DNA from: Nitrospirota bacterium
GTDB taxonomy: Bacteria; Nitrospirota; UBA9217
Reading direction: 5' to 3'
Assembly: GCA_963737155.1 (NCBI GenBank)
Contig: CAVTRN010000002.1
Span: 544,001-608,000 of the forward strand
DNA: 64,000 bases
Position 1 is the first letter of the stretch. Each line of letters begins with the position of its first letter. Position numbers and translations under genes: made by a program. Below the pieces are notes generated by a model, which searched no databases, was not told where the DNA came from, and saw only the letters and a program-made list of their open reading frames with translations. Below are positions 9,929 to 20,136 of the stretch, in pieces.

Positions 9929-10942
9929 TTACCTCTTGGCGTGTGAGGCTGAGACCATCGCGCTTACGTTCTCAGGTTTGGATTCCGGCGGGATCTCACA
10001 ACCGGAAGAGAGAATAAAGCCGCCGCGTGTACTGAATAGTTCTAGCAATCTGGTCGATTCGTCAGCAATCTCGTGAGGCATCGCTTCGACAAAGGATAGT
10101 GATTTGATGTTGCCGTCGAGGCAGGTCCGCGGCAGAATTTGCTGAGCACTCAGCGGATCGATGCAATAATCGAAATTGGCGATTTCCACTCCGGCTTCAG
10201 GGTAATAAGGACAGATCGTGCCAGCCGGACCCGCAATGTGAATCCAGTTGGCGAGCGATCCCGCTGACTTGAATGCAGCAAATATTTTTTTGAGGCGGGG
10301 AAGTTCGAACTCGCGGAAAAACTGGGGGGGCACTACGGCTGGCGAGGCAGAAGGGTCGAATACCAATGGTACATGAGCCCCTGCTTCGATCTGCGTCAGG
10401 CCAAAAGTGATTGCTACTTCTCCGGCGAAGTCAAGAAATCGGCCAAACAAATCGGGATCGTCTACAGCAAGGAAGAGAGTCTTTTCCGGCCCCATCAGCT
10501 GCATTGCCAACGTCATCGGTCCTAACACACAGCCGACAATCAGGACCTCGTTTCCAAGTTTACTCCGCATAATCCGTGCTGCCTTGAGCATTTCCGTCAT
10601 ACGCCCACTCCGTTTGGGGTCCGGTATGGCCAGTTTACCCACTTCTTTGGCATTCTCAATGGCATATCGCTCGACACAAGGGTACATATCGTCGCGGTAG
10701 ATTAAGCGAGAACCTATTGCTTCGGTCTCCACGCTGGTATCCATGAGTGTAAAGACAGCATCGTAGCCATAGTGATCCAGTGCCCTCAACTGACAGCTCG
10801 CTAACAGCTCGCCGTCTCTGACATACTGTCTCAGAGGTACATTAGTAAGAACGGCGGCATGACCAAAAACTTGGGCAATCACCGGGACGCGGTCGGGTTT
10901 TCCAAAGCTCATTGCGGTCTGAATCCGTTCGATGCTGTTCAT
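9929..10942 (-). CDS. UroD/MtaA-CmuA family (MT2-type) corrinoid methyltransferase
   Basis: PDRVPV, EAIGS, GPMTLA, FDPSAS, GNI, GGFILSSGCEIPP...ENV. Confidence 0.88.
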   Translation of the reverse strand: MNSIERIQTAMSFGKPDRVPVIAQVFGHAAVLTNVPLRQYVRDGELLASCQLRALDHYGYDAVFTLMDTSVETEAIGSRLIYRDDMYPCVERYAIENAKEVGKLAIPDPKRSGRMTEMLKAARIMRSKLGNEVLIVGCVLGPMTLAMQLMGPEKTLFLAVDDPDLFGRFLDFAGEVAITFGLTQIEAGAHVPLVFDPSASPAVVPPQFFREFELPRLKKIFAAFKSAGSLANWIHIAGPAGTICPYYPEAGVEIANFDYCIDPLSAQQILPRTCLDGNIKSLSFVEAMPHEIADESTRLLELFSTRGGFILSSGCEIPPESKPENVSAMVSASHAKR

Positions 10943-11577
10943 CGAGTTTCCTTGGGTTGATGTTCAAGGTAGTGTAGGCCGTCAAAGACGGAATCCGCAA
11001 CAAAATCCACATTGAGAGCATTCGCGGAGGCCTGCTTCAATGCCGCGCCTCCCGCCAGCACCGTCACCTTTGCCAGTCCACGCGTTCGCGCTAGGGGAAT
11101 AACCTGCCTCACTAATGGTATGACGCTTGTTATGAGGCCGCTTATACAAATTACCGCTGCTTCTTCCCGTACGGCTGCTTCAACCAGCTTCTCGACCGGA
11201 CAATCCTTGCCGCAATCAACAACCCGGTATCCCTTGGCGATCATAATCGTCTTAACGATATTTTTCCCCAAGTCATGAACATCGCCCTCAAGGCTTGCCA
11301 ATACGATGGTTTCTCGTGTGGCTGATGGAGGTCCATCAGGATAAAGTGTCTTGATAACCCCCATCGCTGCCCGGCCGACAAGCATTATTTCAAGCAGGTT
11401 GAACTGCTCCACGGTGCATTTTGCATCAAGCCGCACCATGACAGACTCAATACCGTCGATAATGATCTGCTCATTGCTAATGCCAACATTTCGCAGTCTG
11501 GTTACCTCGGCTATAGCCCCTGTCTGATCCCCCTCCATCAAAGCATTAATAAGTTGGTCCATAGATTGTTTCTTCAT
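10939..11577 (-). CDS. cobalamin (corrinoid)-binding protein
   Basis: Helical cap plus EGDVHDLGKNIV (DxHxxG), ISGL, LAGGA; 4-nt overlap with the next gene. Confidence 0.93.
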   Translation of the reverse strand: MKKQSMDQLINALMEGDQTGAIAEVTRLRNVGISNEQIIIDGIESVMVRLDAKCTVEQFNLLEIMLVGRAAMGVIKTLYPDGPPSATRETIVLASLEGDVHDLGKNIVKTIMIAKGYRVVDCGKDCPVEKLVEAAVREEAAVICISGLITSVIPLVRQVIPLARTRGLAKVTVLAGGAALKQASANALNVDFVADSVFDGLHYLEHQPKETR

Positions 11578-11878
11578 AAGACATACCCTCTACCGTTTAC
11601 AGGATGAGAAATCACTGCCTTGAATTCATATAACAATTTAATGGCGGACGCATCATGATATCGCTCTGTAATTTCAATGTCAATGCAAAATCCGGCGGGG
11701 GATTAGGATATGAAATTTTCAGGGCATCTTTATAGTTCAGGGACTCGATCAAACTAGCAGGTATTACTTTCTTACTAGCATTTCCCCACTCAAGATGTGT
11801 ATTAAAAACATCTACATTCAAAAATAGACTTTGACAGGGAAGAAATTAAGTGGTACTCATTAGCAAATAATCAAAGAT

Positions 11879-11963
11879 ATTTCCCGACAAAGCTGACCTC
11901 TTCGCGAGAAGGGCGAAGAAAGCGGCGGGTCTTGAGATAAGATGGCCGAGCCGCCGAAGGAAA
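11879..11963 (+). ncRNA. c-di-GMP-I (GEMM-I) riboswitch aptamer
   Basis: CGACAAAGCTGA-CCTCTTC-GCGA-GAAGGG...AGAAAGC...GGGTCTT-loop-AAGATGGCCG..GCCG. GNRA-capped first stem, AAAGC junction and second stem as in GEMM-I; TTGACA lies at 11831. Confidence 0.72.
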
Positions 11964-11989
11964 AACCTTAGGCGAGCTCGGCTTTTTTT
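11945..11989 (+). terminator. intrinsic terminator (riboswitch expression platform)
   Basis: GCCGAGC-CGCC-g-AAGG/AAAAA/CCTT-a-GGCG-a-GCTCGGC followed by T7; the 5' arm overlaps the aptamer. Confidence 0.8.
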
Positions 11990-12271
11990 CTGCATCCCGG
12001 ATGCCGTCCGCTATATCTGGGGAAAAACGGGGTATTTGGCATGTATTCGATAATTACAATCTGGCAATCTGACAAACGGCACACGGGACATACAGCGCGA
12101 AGTAGAGCCTGGACAGCTACCTAAAGACAGGCGGTCTTGAATTCGTCGCTCTAATTTGTTTAAATCCAAGCATCGAAAATCTAGCTCAATCGAGTATTAT
12201 GTGGGTGTGGAATAAAGCGCCGAATAAAATTAAAGACTGATAATGTCGGCGACAAATTGGAGGTGCGGCGC

Positions 12272-13903
12272 GTGGAACAGAAGACGGTCCTTGTCGTCGA
12301 AGACAGCATTGCCGATGCAGAGCTGGTTAGGCGCATGCTGATGGCATCCGATGGTGAATTTGCTGTAAGTAGCGCTGTTAGGCTGTCGACGGCGTCTGGC
12401 CTTCTCGAATCGAAGTCGTTCGACGCCGTAATCATCGATTTGAACCTCCCCGATAGCACGGGGCTTGACACCCTTCGAAAGATTCAGGAAAAAGCCTCGC
12501 ATTCCGCTATTGTCGTTTTGGCCAGTTATGCTGATGAAAATGCAGGTGTGGACGCTGTGGAAGTAGGTGCACAGGACTATCTCGTAAAGGACCATTTGAA
12601 GTCTGATGTTATTCACCGCGTCGTCCGGTATGCTATCGGTCGTAAACAGGTACAAGTACGTTTGCAGAAGTCTGAGGAATTGAGCGAGGCCCGCAACAGG
12701 ATAAACGATCTGATAAGTTCAACGCTGGACTTCGAGGAAATACTGAACCGTGTCATCGGAGAAGCGGCAAAATCCATCGGCGCTGAGGCCGCGTTGATTG
12801 GCCGATATGATGAAGGCGGATTTACTGTCAGATGCAATTATGGTCCGCTTGTCGGATTAAAGGACTTAGTTCTGCCGCAGGAAGAATTCAGAGCCTTTGC
12901 TACCCTGGAGAAGAATGGGATACCGATCATATCCGTTGACGCGCAGACGGACGAGCGCATCAACTCAGAAGTGGCGAAAAGGTATGGTGTCCACGCGGCT
13001 TTATTCTTCCCCCTGTTTGTGAATGGTTCGGTTACGGGGGCATTGGCTTGTTTTAATCTTTCGGTCCGTTTCTTCGACGACATCGAGGTTGATTCGGCTA
13101 GAAAAATATCGGCTTCTCTTTCCCTCGCCCTTGAAAACGCCCAACTCTACAAAGAATGCAGGGTCGCAGAAGATAATCTGAGGAAAAAGTCGATAGAACT
13201 CGAGAAGAAATCGAGTGAACTTGAGTTAAGCAACAGGGAACTCGAACAGTTTGCATCCGTTGCATCCCATGATCTACAGGAACCCCTGATTTCGTTCGCG
13301 AGCGAAATCAAACTGAGCCTGATACGGTTAAAAGGCAAGGCAGACGAGGAAGCGCTCCGGTACCTGTCCAATGCTTTGACTAATGCGGTAAACATGCAAA
13401 AAATGGTTCGGAACCTACTTGCATATTCACACGTTGGCAGGCATCCATCCTTTGAGAGTACGGACCTCGAAAAAGTTCTCGAGCTTGCCATCAACAATCT
13501 CAGATATTTTATTGAAGAATCAGGGGCTGTCGTTACTCATGACCCTCTCCCCCGGCTCTTTGTCGATCCTATCCTTGTTTCTCGGCTTTTTCAAAACCTC
13601 GTGGGCAATGCCATCAAGTACCGGTCTGGGAGGCCGCCGGAAGTCCATATCACAGTTGATTATCGAGACGGTGAACACATCTTTTGTGTTAAAGACAACG
13701 GAATGGGAATGCCGGTAGATTACGCAGACACGGTATTTCAGCTATTTAGGAGAATCCCCGGAGTAAATCGGACGTTAGGCAGCGGCATAGGGCTGGCCAC
13801 ATGCAAGAAGATCGTAGAACTGCACGGCGGCAGGATCTGGGTGGAGTCGGCAGAGGGAAAGGGGTCCAGCTTCTTCTTCGTACTTCCTGCAGCCATGAAA
13901 TAG
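12272..13903 (+). CDS. REC-GAF-histidine kinase
   Basis: N-terminal REC (VEDS, IDLNLPD, DYLVK), GAF ending LALENAQLY, SHDLQEPL, NLVGNAIKY, GSGIGL; GTG start after GGAGG. Confidence 0.92.
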   Translation: MEQKTVLVVEDSIADAELVRRMLMASDGEFAVSSAVRLSTASGLLESKSFDAVIIDLNLPDSTGLDTLRKIQEKASHSAIVVLASYADENAGVDAVEVGAQDYLVKDHLKSDVIHRVVRYAIGRKQVQVRLQKSEELSEARNRINDLISSTLDFEEILNRVIGEAAKSIGAEAALIGRYDEGGFTVRCNYGPLVGLKDLVLPQEEFRAFATLEKNGIPIISVDAQTDERINSEVAKRYGVHAALFFPLFVNGSVTGALACFNLSVRFFDDIEVDSARKISASLSLALENAQLYKECRVAEDNLRKKSIELEKKSSELELSNRELEQFASVASHDLQEPLISFASEIKLSLIRLKGKADEEALRYLSNALTNAVNMQKMVRNLLAYSHVGRHPSFESTDLEKVLELAINNLRYFIEESGAVVTHDPLPRLFVDPILVSRLFQNLVGNAIKYRSGRPPEVHITVDYRDGEHIFCVKDNGMGMPVDYADTVFQLFRRIPGVNRTLGSGIGLATCKKIVELHGGRIWVESAEGKGSSFFFVLPAAMK

Positions 13904-14307
13904 CTTGCCCAAGAAAAAATACAGTTTCGATCAACAAACAGCTTTTATGGATTGAAGCTATCCTTGCAGGTCAAATTGTATTTATTTTGTCAGTTTGAAA
14001 TCATCCGAAGCCTGCCTGCTCATAACTGGAACTGCTCGGAAGTGCGTCTGACTGCGTTCGTATAATCCATGGCAGACAAGCTTGTAAAATACCAGCGTAG
14101 CGTTACATGGAATCCTGTTGGAAATTTGGTTTTCCATTCTTTTCTACTAATACTCTTGGTCCTCCGCTTCCTTTTGGCACAGTGTAACAGATTGGTTATC
14201 TCTAGGTGGAGCAGATTATGGGAGGATATAATTCGGGGCAATTTATATGAATTTTCCATACTTACGAATTGCCCTAATCGGATCCGCCTTGATTTTACGA
14301 CGAATCG

Positions 14308-14832
14308 TTACGCATCTCTTATTTTTTGCACTGCCATGATCGTTTTCATGGTCTCACGCATGAACGCCGGAAGGTCCGACGGCTGGCGCGAGGTCACGAG
14401 ATTTCCATCCACGACCACCTCTTTGTCCTCGTAAATCGCGCCTGACTCTTTCAACTCTTCTGCGACGGTCCGGTAACAGGTGGCATGTTTGCCCTTTAGC
14501 AGCCCCGCGGTAATAAGTGTCTGCGGTCCATGGCAAATAGCGGCAATGGGCTTGCCCTTCAGGAAGAAGTCCCGTGCAATCTCCACCGCTCTCGGTTCTT
14601 TTCGCACCACCTCGGGCGCCTTACCGCCTGGCAGTACCAGGATGTCATAGTCGTCGGGCTTTACCTCTATCAAGGTTTTCGTCACATTGACTTCGTAACC
14701 GTGCTTTCCCTTGATCGTTTCCTTCTTCATGGACGCAATGTCCACCTCGAGCCCTTCTTCCAGTAGCCGATAATAGGGAACAAGAAGTTCTGAATCCTCA
14801 AACCTGTCTGCGCTGATCAATAGTGCCTTCAT
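14308..14832 (-). CDS. pfpI: PfpI/DJ-1 family intracellular protease/deglycase
   Basis: FEDSELLVPYYRL, LVLPGG, AICHGPQ, VVVDGNLVTSRQPSDLPAF. Confidence 0.9.
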   Translation of the reverse strand: MKALLISADRFEDSELLVPYYRLLEEGLEVDIASMKKETIKGKHGYEVNVTKTLIEVKPDDYDILVLPGGKAPEVVRKEPRAVEIARDFFLKGKPIAAICHGPQTLITAGLLKGKHATCYRTVAEELKESGAIYEDKEVVVDGNLVTSRQPSDLPAFMRETMKTIMAVQKIRDA

Positions 14833-15106
14833 GGGATCACCTCTCTTATTTTCAATCTCAAATATTGCAACGGTTCGACATCCATTTCCCCGGAACGGAT
14901 TCCGCCGAGGCAAACTTAGTCAATCTACTTCATCTGAATTGAGAGGTGCAAATATGAACTATTCTACTAAAACATGTGCACCCGTCAACGGTGATAATTC
15001 CTCTTTTGATAAATCTATCTTCCCCGTCAAACAAATCTGGAATGCTGCTTCAGGGATTAGTATGAAGCCCCAAAGATGTTGAAATCCGTGAGACAGCCTG
15101 CATATG

Positions 15107-15553
15107 TTACTCCTCGTCGCGACTCTGTTTCAACGCTTCCTTTAACAATTGAATGCTTCCTGTGAGTCCTCGACTTTTGAGAATAGTCCTGAACTTGGAG
15201 AACCAGGAATAGGTGAACGTGAGTGGAGAAAGCAGGTTTTTTTCTAGTGCGTAATCGTATTCCCATACCAACACGTGCCTTGCTCCGAGTTCTTTAAGGA
15301 TATTCCGGGTCTTCCAACGGTCCCGATCCAGCGAGTAGACGTTAATCGCGCTCGGATTTCCGTTCCAGTATTTTGCTCCCTCAATTTCGCCGGCATCAAT
15401 AAAAGGCGTCAGTTTTCCGGCAAGGTCCTTGATCCGGTCCTCGTCATCGAAAACGATCCATTTGCCTCCGCTTCGCGACCACGTCGATTTGTCGATTTCA
15501 CGCTGTGTATCAGGCAGGAGCCGAGTCCAGATATCATTTTTAATTTGACGCAT
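15107..15553 (-). CDS. hypothetical protein, possibly DUF1917/eIF4E-like fold
   Basis: GKWIVF...AK...INVYS.D pattern. Confidence 0.5.
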   Translation of the reverse strand: MRQIKNDIWTRLLPDTQREIDKSTWSRSGGKWIVFDDEDRIKDLAGKLTPFIDAGEIEGAKYWNGNPSAINVYSLDRDRWKTRNILKELGARHVLVWEYDYALEKNLLSPLTFTYSWFSKFRTILKSRGLTGSIQLLKEALKQSRDEE

Positions 15554-15924
15554 AATCTTTCTCTTTCCGTATCATGGCTGAAAATTGAACCTTTTTCATC
15601 TTCTGACTGCTTCGGCTGGTTGCATACAACTAATGACAACTATTATAAATATATCATTTTCTATCCTATAAAGAACATATCCCTGTTCTGATAAAAATGT
15701 TTATTAAATGAAGATTTTGCCTCAACTAAAAAATTTGAGCCTCAAACGATATAGCTTACGGCTGTTCGAAGTTGAAATATAAACACGGCTGAGACGAAGC
15801 AATCCGGACATACGCTGCAGCATTATTATGAACCCTGAGAGATGCCGTTTTGGATATTATGCCAATTTTCTCAATTATCTAACTTTAGTTATTTAAGAAC
15901 TATGCGGAAGAGTAGATCGCGTTC

Positions 15925-17448
15925 CAGGTTATACTGTTTTTAGTTGAAATTGAAAAGAGTGGCTCCCCCGTGGCATAATCCACGGTAGAGAGAGAAAAAA
16001 GAAAGGAGCCACTCAATGAAGGATACCACAAGGAAGAGAAAAAAGGCAATACGAGGAATTGAAGAGGCATACGGAAGGCGGGAGATCATCGAACAGATGT
16101 ATTGTGTCTTCGCAAAAGGGAAACAGGGTTTTGATGAATGCATGAAGGAAATGGGCAGAATGATGGCAGAGACGATCATGTACATCGAGCGGGAGGAGAT
16201 TGCCGGCCCCGACTACCAGCCTAACAGTCCCGATCTGCGGAAGTGGGCTAGCCAGGGCGGTTCCGTCTATATCGGCGATCAGAAGATCCCGGTGACCCAC
16301 CCTCGGCTTCGAGGTCCGGCGGGTGAGATTGTACTGCAGAGCTATCAGAAGATGAAAAAACCGGAAGTCTTCGCAGAAGAATTGCTTGGAAAGGTGCTTC
16401 GGGGCATATCATGCCGGAAGTATGCGGAGACAGTTGTAGATACGGCACGAGCATTTGGAGTGTCCGCCAGCACGGTATCGAGCCATATCGTCGCGGCAAC
16501 AGCAAAACAGCTTCAGGAGTTTAAGGAACGGTCACTCACGTCATTCGTTCCCTTTGCGGTCTTTTTAGACACTGTTCACCGCGGCGGAGAGGCATTCATC
16601 GTGGCGCTGGGGCTTGATATTGCCGGAAAGAAGCAGACATTGGGGTTCTGGCAGGGGGCGACGGAGAACCATGAACTGTGTGAAGAGCTGTTTTCTGATA
16701 TAGAGCGGCGGGGTCTGATACTTTCACGACGAATCATCTGGGTTACCGATGGCGGCAAGGGCGTAATCAAGGCACTCCGGGATCGCTTCGGTAAGAAACT
16801 CATCCATCAGCGGTGCACGATCCACAAGGACCGGAATATACAGCATCATTTGCCGAAGAAATACCGGAAAGGCGCACACTGGAGGTTCCGGACAGCCCTG
16901 GAGCAGAATAATTACGCGGACGCTCGTCAGATGCTTCTGGACATGGAGAAATGGCTTCGGGGCATTAATGAGTCGGCGGCTGATTCGCTCATGGAAGCGA
17001 TAGAAGACATTCTCACCCTTCATCGATTGAAGGTCCCCGCTCTCTTGAGGAAGACGTTGCATTCTACCAATCCTATCGAGAGCATGTTTTCCACGGTGAG
17101 AAAAGCAGAAGGCAATATAAAGCGCTACCGCGACAGCAAGATGATGCAGCGCTGGCTCGCTTCTGTCCTCTTATATGCTGAACAAGGATTCAGAAAGATC
17201 AAGGGCCACGCCTTCATCGCGGACGTGATGAAACGGATCGAAGCGGAAGAATTAAATGACCTAACAGTCAAAGAGGCTGCGTAAAGGGGGATGGTTAGGT
17301 ATGGCTCGGCCTCAGAAAACTCACATATGGCGATCCTACGAATCCGATTTTATAAACAGCGATGATTTACACCGTTGAACCGATAAAAATACTTTAGCCG
17401 AAGGGAACGGGCCACTCAGATAATTTCAACTAAAAGCTTGACCTCGTC
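15925..17448 (+). mobile_element. IS256-family element
   Basis: Imperfect IRs with core TTTTAGTTGAAATT..GAGTGGC; 8-bp target duplication TCGCGTTC at 15917-15924 and 17449-17456. Confidence 0.92.
16016..17284 (+). CDS. IS256 (Mutator) DDE transposase
   Basis: VFLDTV, VTDGGKG, QRCTIHKDRN, STNPIESMF. Confidence 0.93.
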   Translation: MKDTTRKRKKAIRGIEEAYGRREIIEQMYCVFAKGKQGFDECMKEMGRMMAETIMYIEREEIAGPDYQPNSPDLRKWASQGGSVYIGDQKIPVTHPRLRGPAGEIVLQSYQKMKKPEVFAEELLGKVLRGISCRKYAETVVDTARAFGVSASTVSSHIVAATAKQLQEFKERSLTSFVPFAVFLDTVHRGGEAFIVALGLDIAGKKQTLGFWQGATENHELCEELFSDIERRGLILSRRIIWVTDGGKGVIKALRDRFGKKLIHQRCTIHKDRNIQHHLPKKYRKGAHWRFRTALEQNNYADARQMLLDMEKWLRGINESAADSLMEAIEDILTLHRLKVPALLRKTLHSTNPIESMFSTVRKAEGNIKRYRDSKMMQRWLASVLLYAEQGFRKIKGHAFIADVMKRIEAEELNDLTVKEAA

Positions 17449-17579
17449 TCGCGTTCTTTGGACAATATGTAAAGAACTCCGGCGGAATTACAGGGAGAAA
17501 ATAGATCACTCTGTGTGAAATAGGCTTGGGATAACAGAAGGGAACAAATATGCTGACAGAAGAAAAAATCAAAATGAGA

Positions 17580-18287
17580 TTAATGCCAATTAATTCCATT
17601 TGAACTTAAAAATCTCTGGGCTATTTTATGTCCCAATTTAGCAGCTATCTTGATATTTTGTATAAACATGTTGTAGTTCCCTAATATGTTATAAATAACC
17701 CCTCTATTATAGTATGCCTCGGCTTCTTTCGGATTTAGTTCGATAGCTTTATTGTAATCATCGATAGCCTGTTGATAATTTTTTAAATTGCCGTAAAGAG
17801 TTCCTCGATTATTATATGCATCCGCAAATTTCGGATTTAGTTCTATCGCTTTATTGTAATCATTGATAGACTGCTGATTGTCTCCTAAAGCGCTGTACGC
17901 ATTTCCACGGGTACTGTACGCCTCGGCATCTTTCGGATTTAGTTCTATTGCCTTGCTGTAATCATCGATTGCCTGCTGATGGTTTCCCAACGCTTCATAA
18001 GCATTTCCGCGATTATAGTATGCACCCGTAATATTCGGATTTAGTTTTATTGATTGGTTGAAATCAAAGATTGCCTGCTGAAGACTTCCTATGGTTTCAT
18101 AAGCATTCCCACGATAATAGTAAGCCAACGCATCCTTCGGATTCCGTTTTATCTCTTTGCTGTAATCTTTGATGGTATGCTGGATGCCTAATATGCTTTT
18201 ATTTTCCACACAAGCGATATTGATAAAAGACTGAGAGACTGTAAATATAATGACTGCCGCGACCAATTTCTGTTTATTGTTTGCCAT
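17580..18287 (-). CDS. TPR repeat protein with N-terminal signal/anchor
   Basis: About five 34-aa repeats AYYNRGNAY...AIDDYNKAIELNP; GGAGGG RBS. Confidence 0.9.
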   Translation of the reverse strand: MANNKQKLVAAVIIFTVSQSFINIACVENKSILGIQHTIKDYSKEIKRNPKDALAYYYRGNAYETIGSLQQAIFDFNQSIKLNPNITGAYYNRGNAYEALGNHQQAIDDYSKAIELNPKDAEAYSTRGNAYSALGDNQQSINDYNKAIELNPKFADAYNNRGTLYGNLKNYQQAIDDYNKAIELNPKEAEAYYNRGVIYNILGNYNMFIQNIKIAAKLGHKIAQRFLSSNGINWH

Positions 18288-18474
18288 GAGCTGTCCCTCC
18301 ATCTAGGGAACGATTATTCCTAGGTGCTGAGCGAAGTAAAAATAGATACTCAGCGGAACCGGTTCCAGATTTTGGTCCCGGCGATTTACCCAGTGTATGA
18401 TATAAAAGCGACTAGAAGCCATTCTCCGTTACGATAACCATATGAATTACTCATAGTCAATTTCGTTTTGGGGT

Positions 18475-18905
18475 TTATATCTCGACCATCCCGGCGGACC
18501 CGATCCTTCTGTCTGGAACCAGCTTAGCACCGGATCCTTGTGATCCTGGAGCGTTCGGGCTACCTTTTTCATGGACTCGATCCGAAATTATCTCATTCGA
18601 TTGATCCATGCGTCTAGAAACTCCTCCGCCCACACCGGCGACTGGCAGCTCCAAACAGTCTGACAGTCCTCGGTCAGCAAATGCAACTTCGTGGATCTCA
18701 GGTTGCTTCTGAGCATTCCTTCAACTTGATAACCTGGTTATCCGTAAGGTCTGGCTTATTCATCCGAAGCGGCCACCGGCTGTGCTTGATGCGTTCTTCC
18801 TATCTCGTTCCTTATACTTCCGAGCCCCTCGGTTCGAACAGCGTCAATTGCCTTATTGATGTTCTGCATGATGTGAAGCCGATCCACTACATGGATTGCC
18901 TGGCG
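18475..18905 (-). pseudogene. ISL3-family transposase relic
   Basis: Manual translation across frameshifts and a stop: QAIHVVDRLHIMQNINKAIDAVR / KHSRW..LTDNQVIKLKE / SPVWAEEFLDAW...*FRIESMKKVARTLQDH..VLSWF. Confidence 0.8.
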
Positions 18906-18925
18906 TGCTTTTTTGTTGCTCGTAG

Positions 18926-18958
18926 AAAAGAAAAACCCACTTGGTCAGAAGTGGGCTT
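18926..18958 (-). terminator. probable terminator of the HU gene
   Basis: Minus-strand AAGCCCACTT-ctgacc-AAGTGGGTTT followed by a T-rich tail. Confidence 0.6.
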
Positions 18959-18984
18959 GAAATAACAGAACGGAGAGGATGTGA

Positions 18985-19272
18985 TTACTTCGTGCCAAGA
19001 ATTGCATCTTTCGCGGCTTTGGCTACTCTAAACTTGACAACCTTTTTTGCCTTTATATTGATGGTTTCCCCCGTGGCGGGATTTCTGCCTATACGGGCTT
19101 TACGCTGAACTAGTACGAGTTTGCCTAGACCGGGAAGTGTGAAGGTATTCTTGGCTTCTTTGTAGGCTATTTCTGCTATGAAGTCCAGTATTTCAACTGC
19201 TGCCTTCTTGGTGATAGATGCCTTTTCCGCTAGCTTTGCTACCAACTGTGCTTTGGTCATTACCTTTGCCAT
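18985..19272 (-). CDS. hup: HU family DNA-binding protein
   Basis: MTKAQLV..., LPGLGKL, RKARIGRNPATGETINIKAKKVVKF; GGAGGG RBS. Confidence 0.95.
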   Translation of the reverse strand: MAKVMTKAQLVAKLAEKASITKKAAVEILDFIAEIAYKEAKNTFTLPGLGKLVLVQRKARIGRNPATGETINIKAKKVVKFRVAKAAKDAILGTK

Positions 19273-19400
19273 GGATGCCCCCTCCTGAGATATGGAATCG
19301 TGTTGCAATACTGTAACTATATCATATTTGTGAATGATGACAAGGCAATTTGAGTTAGTATTGGCAGCGGAAGGTGATACTTGTTGCAATTATCGAGGCG

Positions 19401-20000
19401 TTATATCATGGGTTGAATATTATTAGGGTTATTGTACTTGAACGAATTCACATCAGGTGCGACCCAATAATTATTGAGTTCCTCCGAAGGAAATGGTTTC
19501 AGTTACAAATAACACTGCCCCTCATCGTGTTTATTCGGGTTCAACCACAGCTTAAAATCATAATGGTAAAGGATAACTGGCATCCTCTTGTGGATTGGTT
19601 ACATCAGATCATAAGCAGAAGCCGTAATTATAGTTGAAGTTAGACCTTATTTCATTCAGGAGATTTCCAAATGTTATAGAGTCCTGCAAAAGCCGTCGGC
19701 TGTTTCGACTTGAGGTGGACGTAGTATGGTATCTCACCCTTTCCTGTCTAAGCCATTCATAGAAACCACGGTAGAATTGAGGTAATGGTCATTTATGAAA
19801 GAATCTTTATAGTTTCAGAACGAGTATTTATCATCGAGCATGCCGTTTGTCTCTCCTTTGCCCAAAATGGCAGGAATCCCCGTCTCCTTGAAAAAGGCGT
19901 TTCTGCCAAACGTCATTGATGACGATTGCAATGTGTTATGAAGGAGTCATTTTGTAACTCAAAAGCCACATTGTAACTCGAACGAACGTCGAAATTGGTA
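19401..20000 (-). pseudogene. SOS response-associated peptidase (SRAP/YedK) relic
   Basis: Fragments SYNVA, GFLPFWAK..MINTRSET, GFYEW, AFAGLYNIW, TIIT..PIHKRMPVIL..WL, VNS with many stops and frameshifts. Confidence 0.8.
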
Positions 20001-20136
20001 ATGCCATCTGGAAAATACGTATTGTATTCCTCGCCTTTGTGTTTGCAGACCCAATAGACCCAAGTGGAGCCTTCATGCCACAATATATTTATATGTCGTC
20101 CAGATGCATTTCCACCATAAGCGCGAATTGCTTCAT

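Noticed and set aside
10939-11577. hgcA mercury methylase
   Set aside because: Has the DxHxxG Rossmann motif, not the HgcA cap-helix motif, and no TM domain or hgcB.
11580-11830. Cobalamin riboswitch upstream of the corrinoid operon
   Set aside because: No recognisable B12-box or conserved core on the minus strand.
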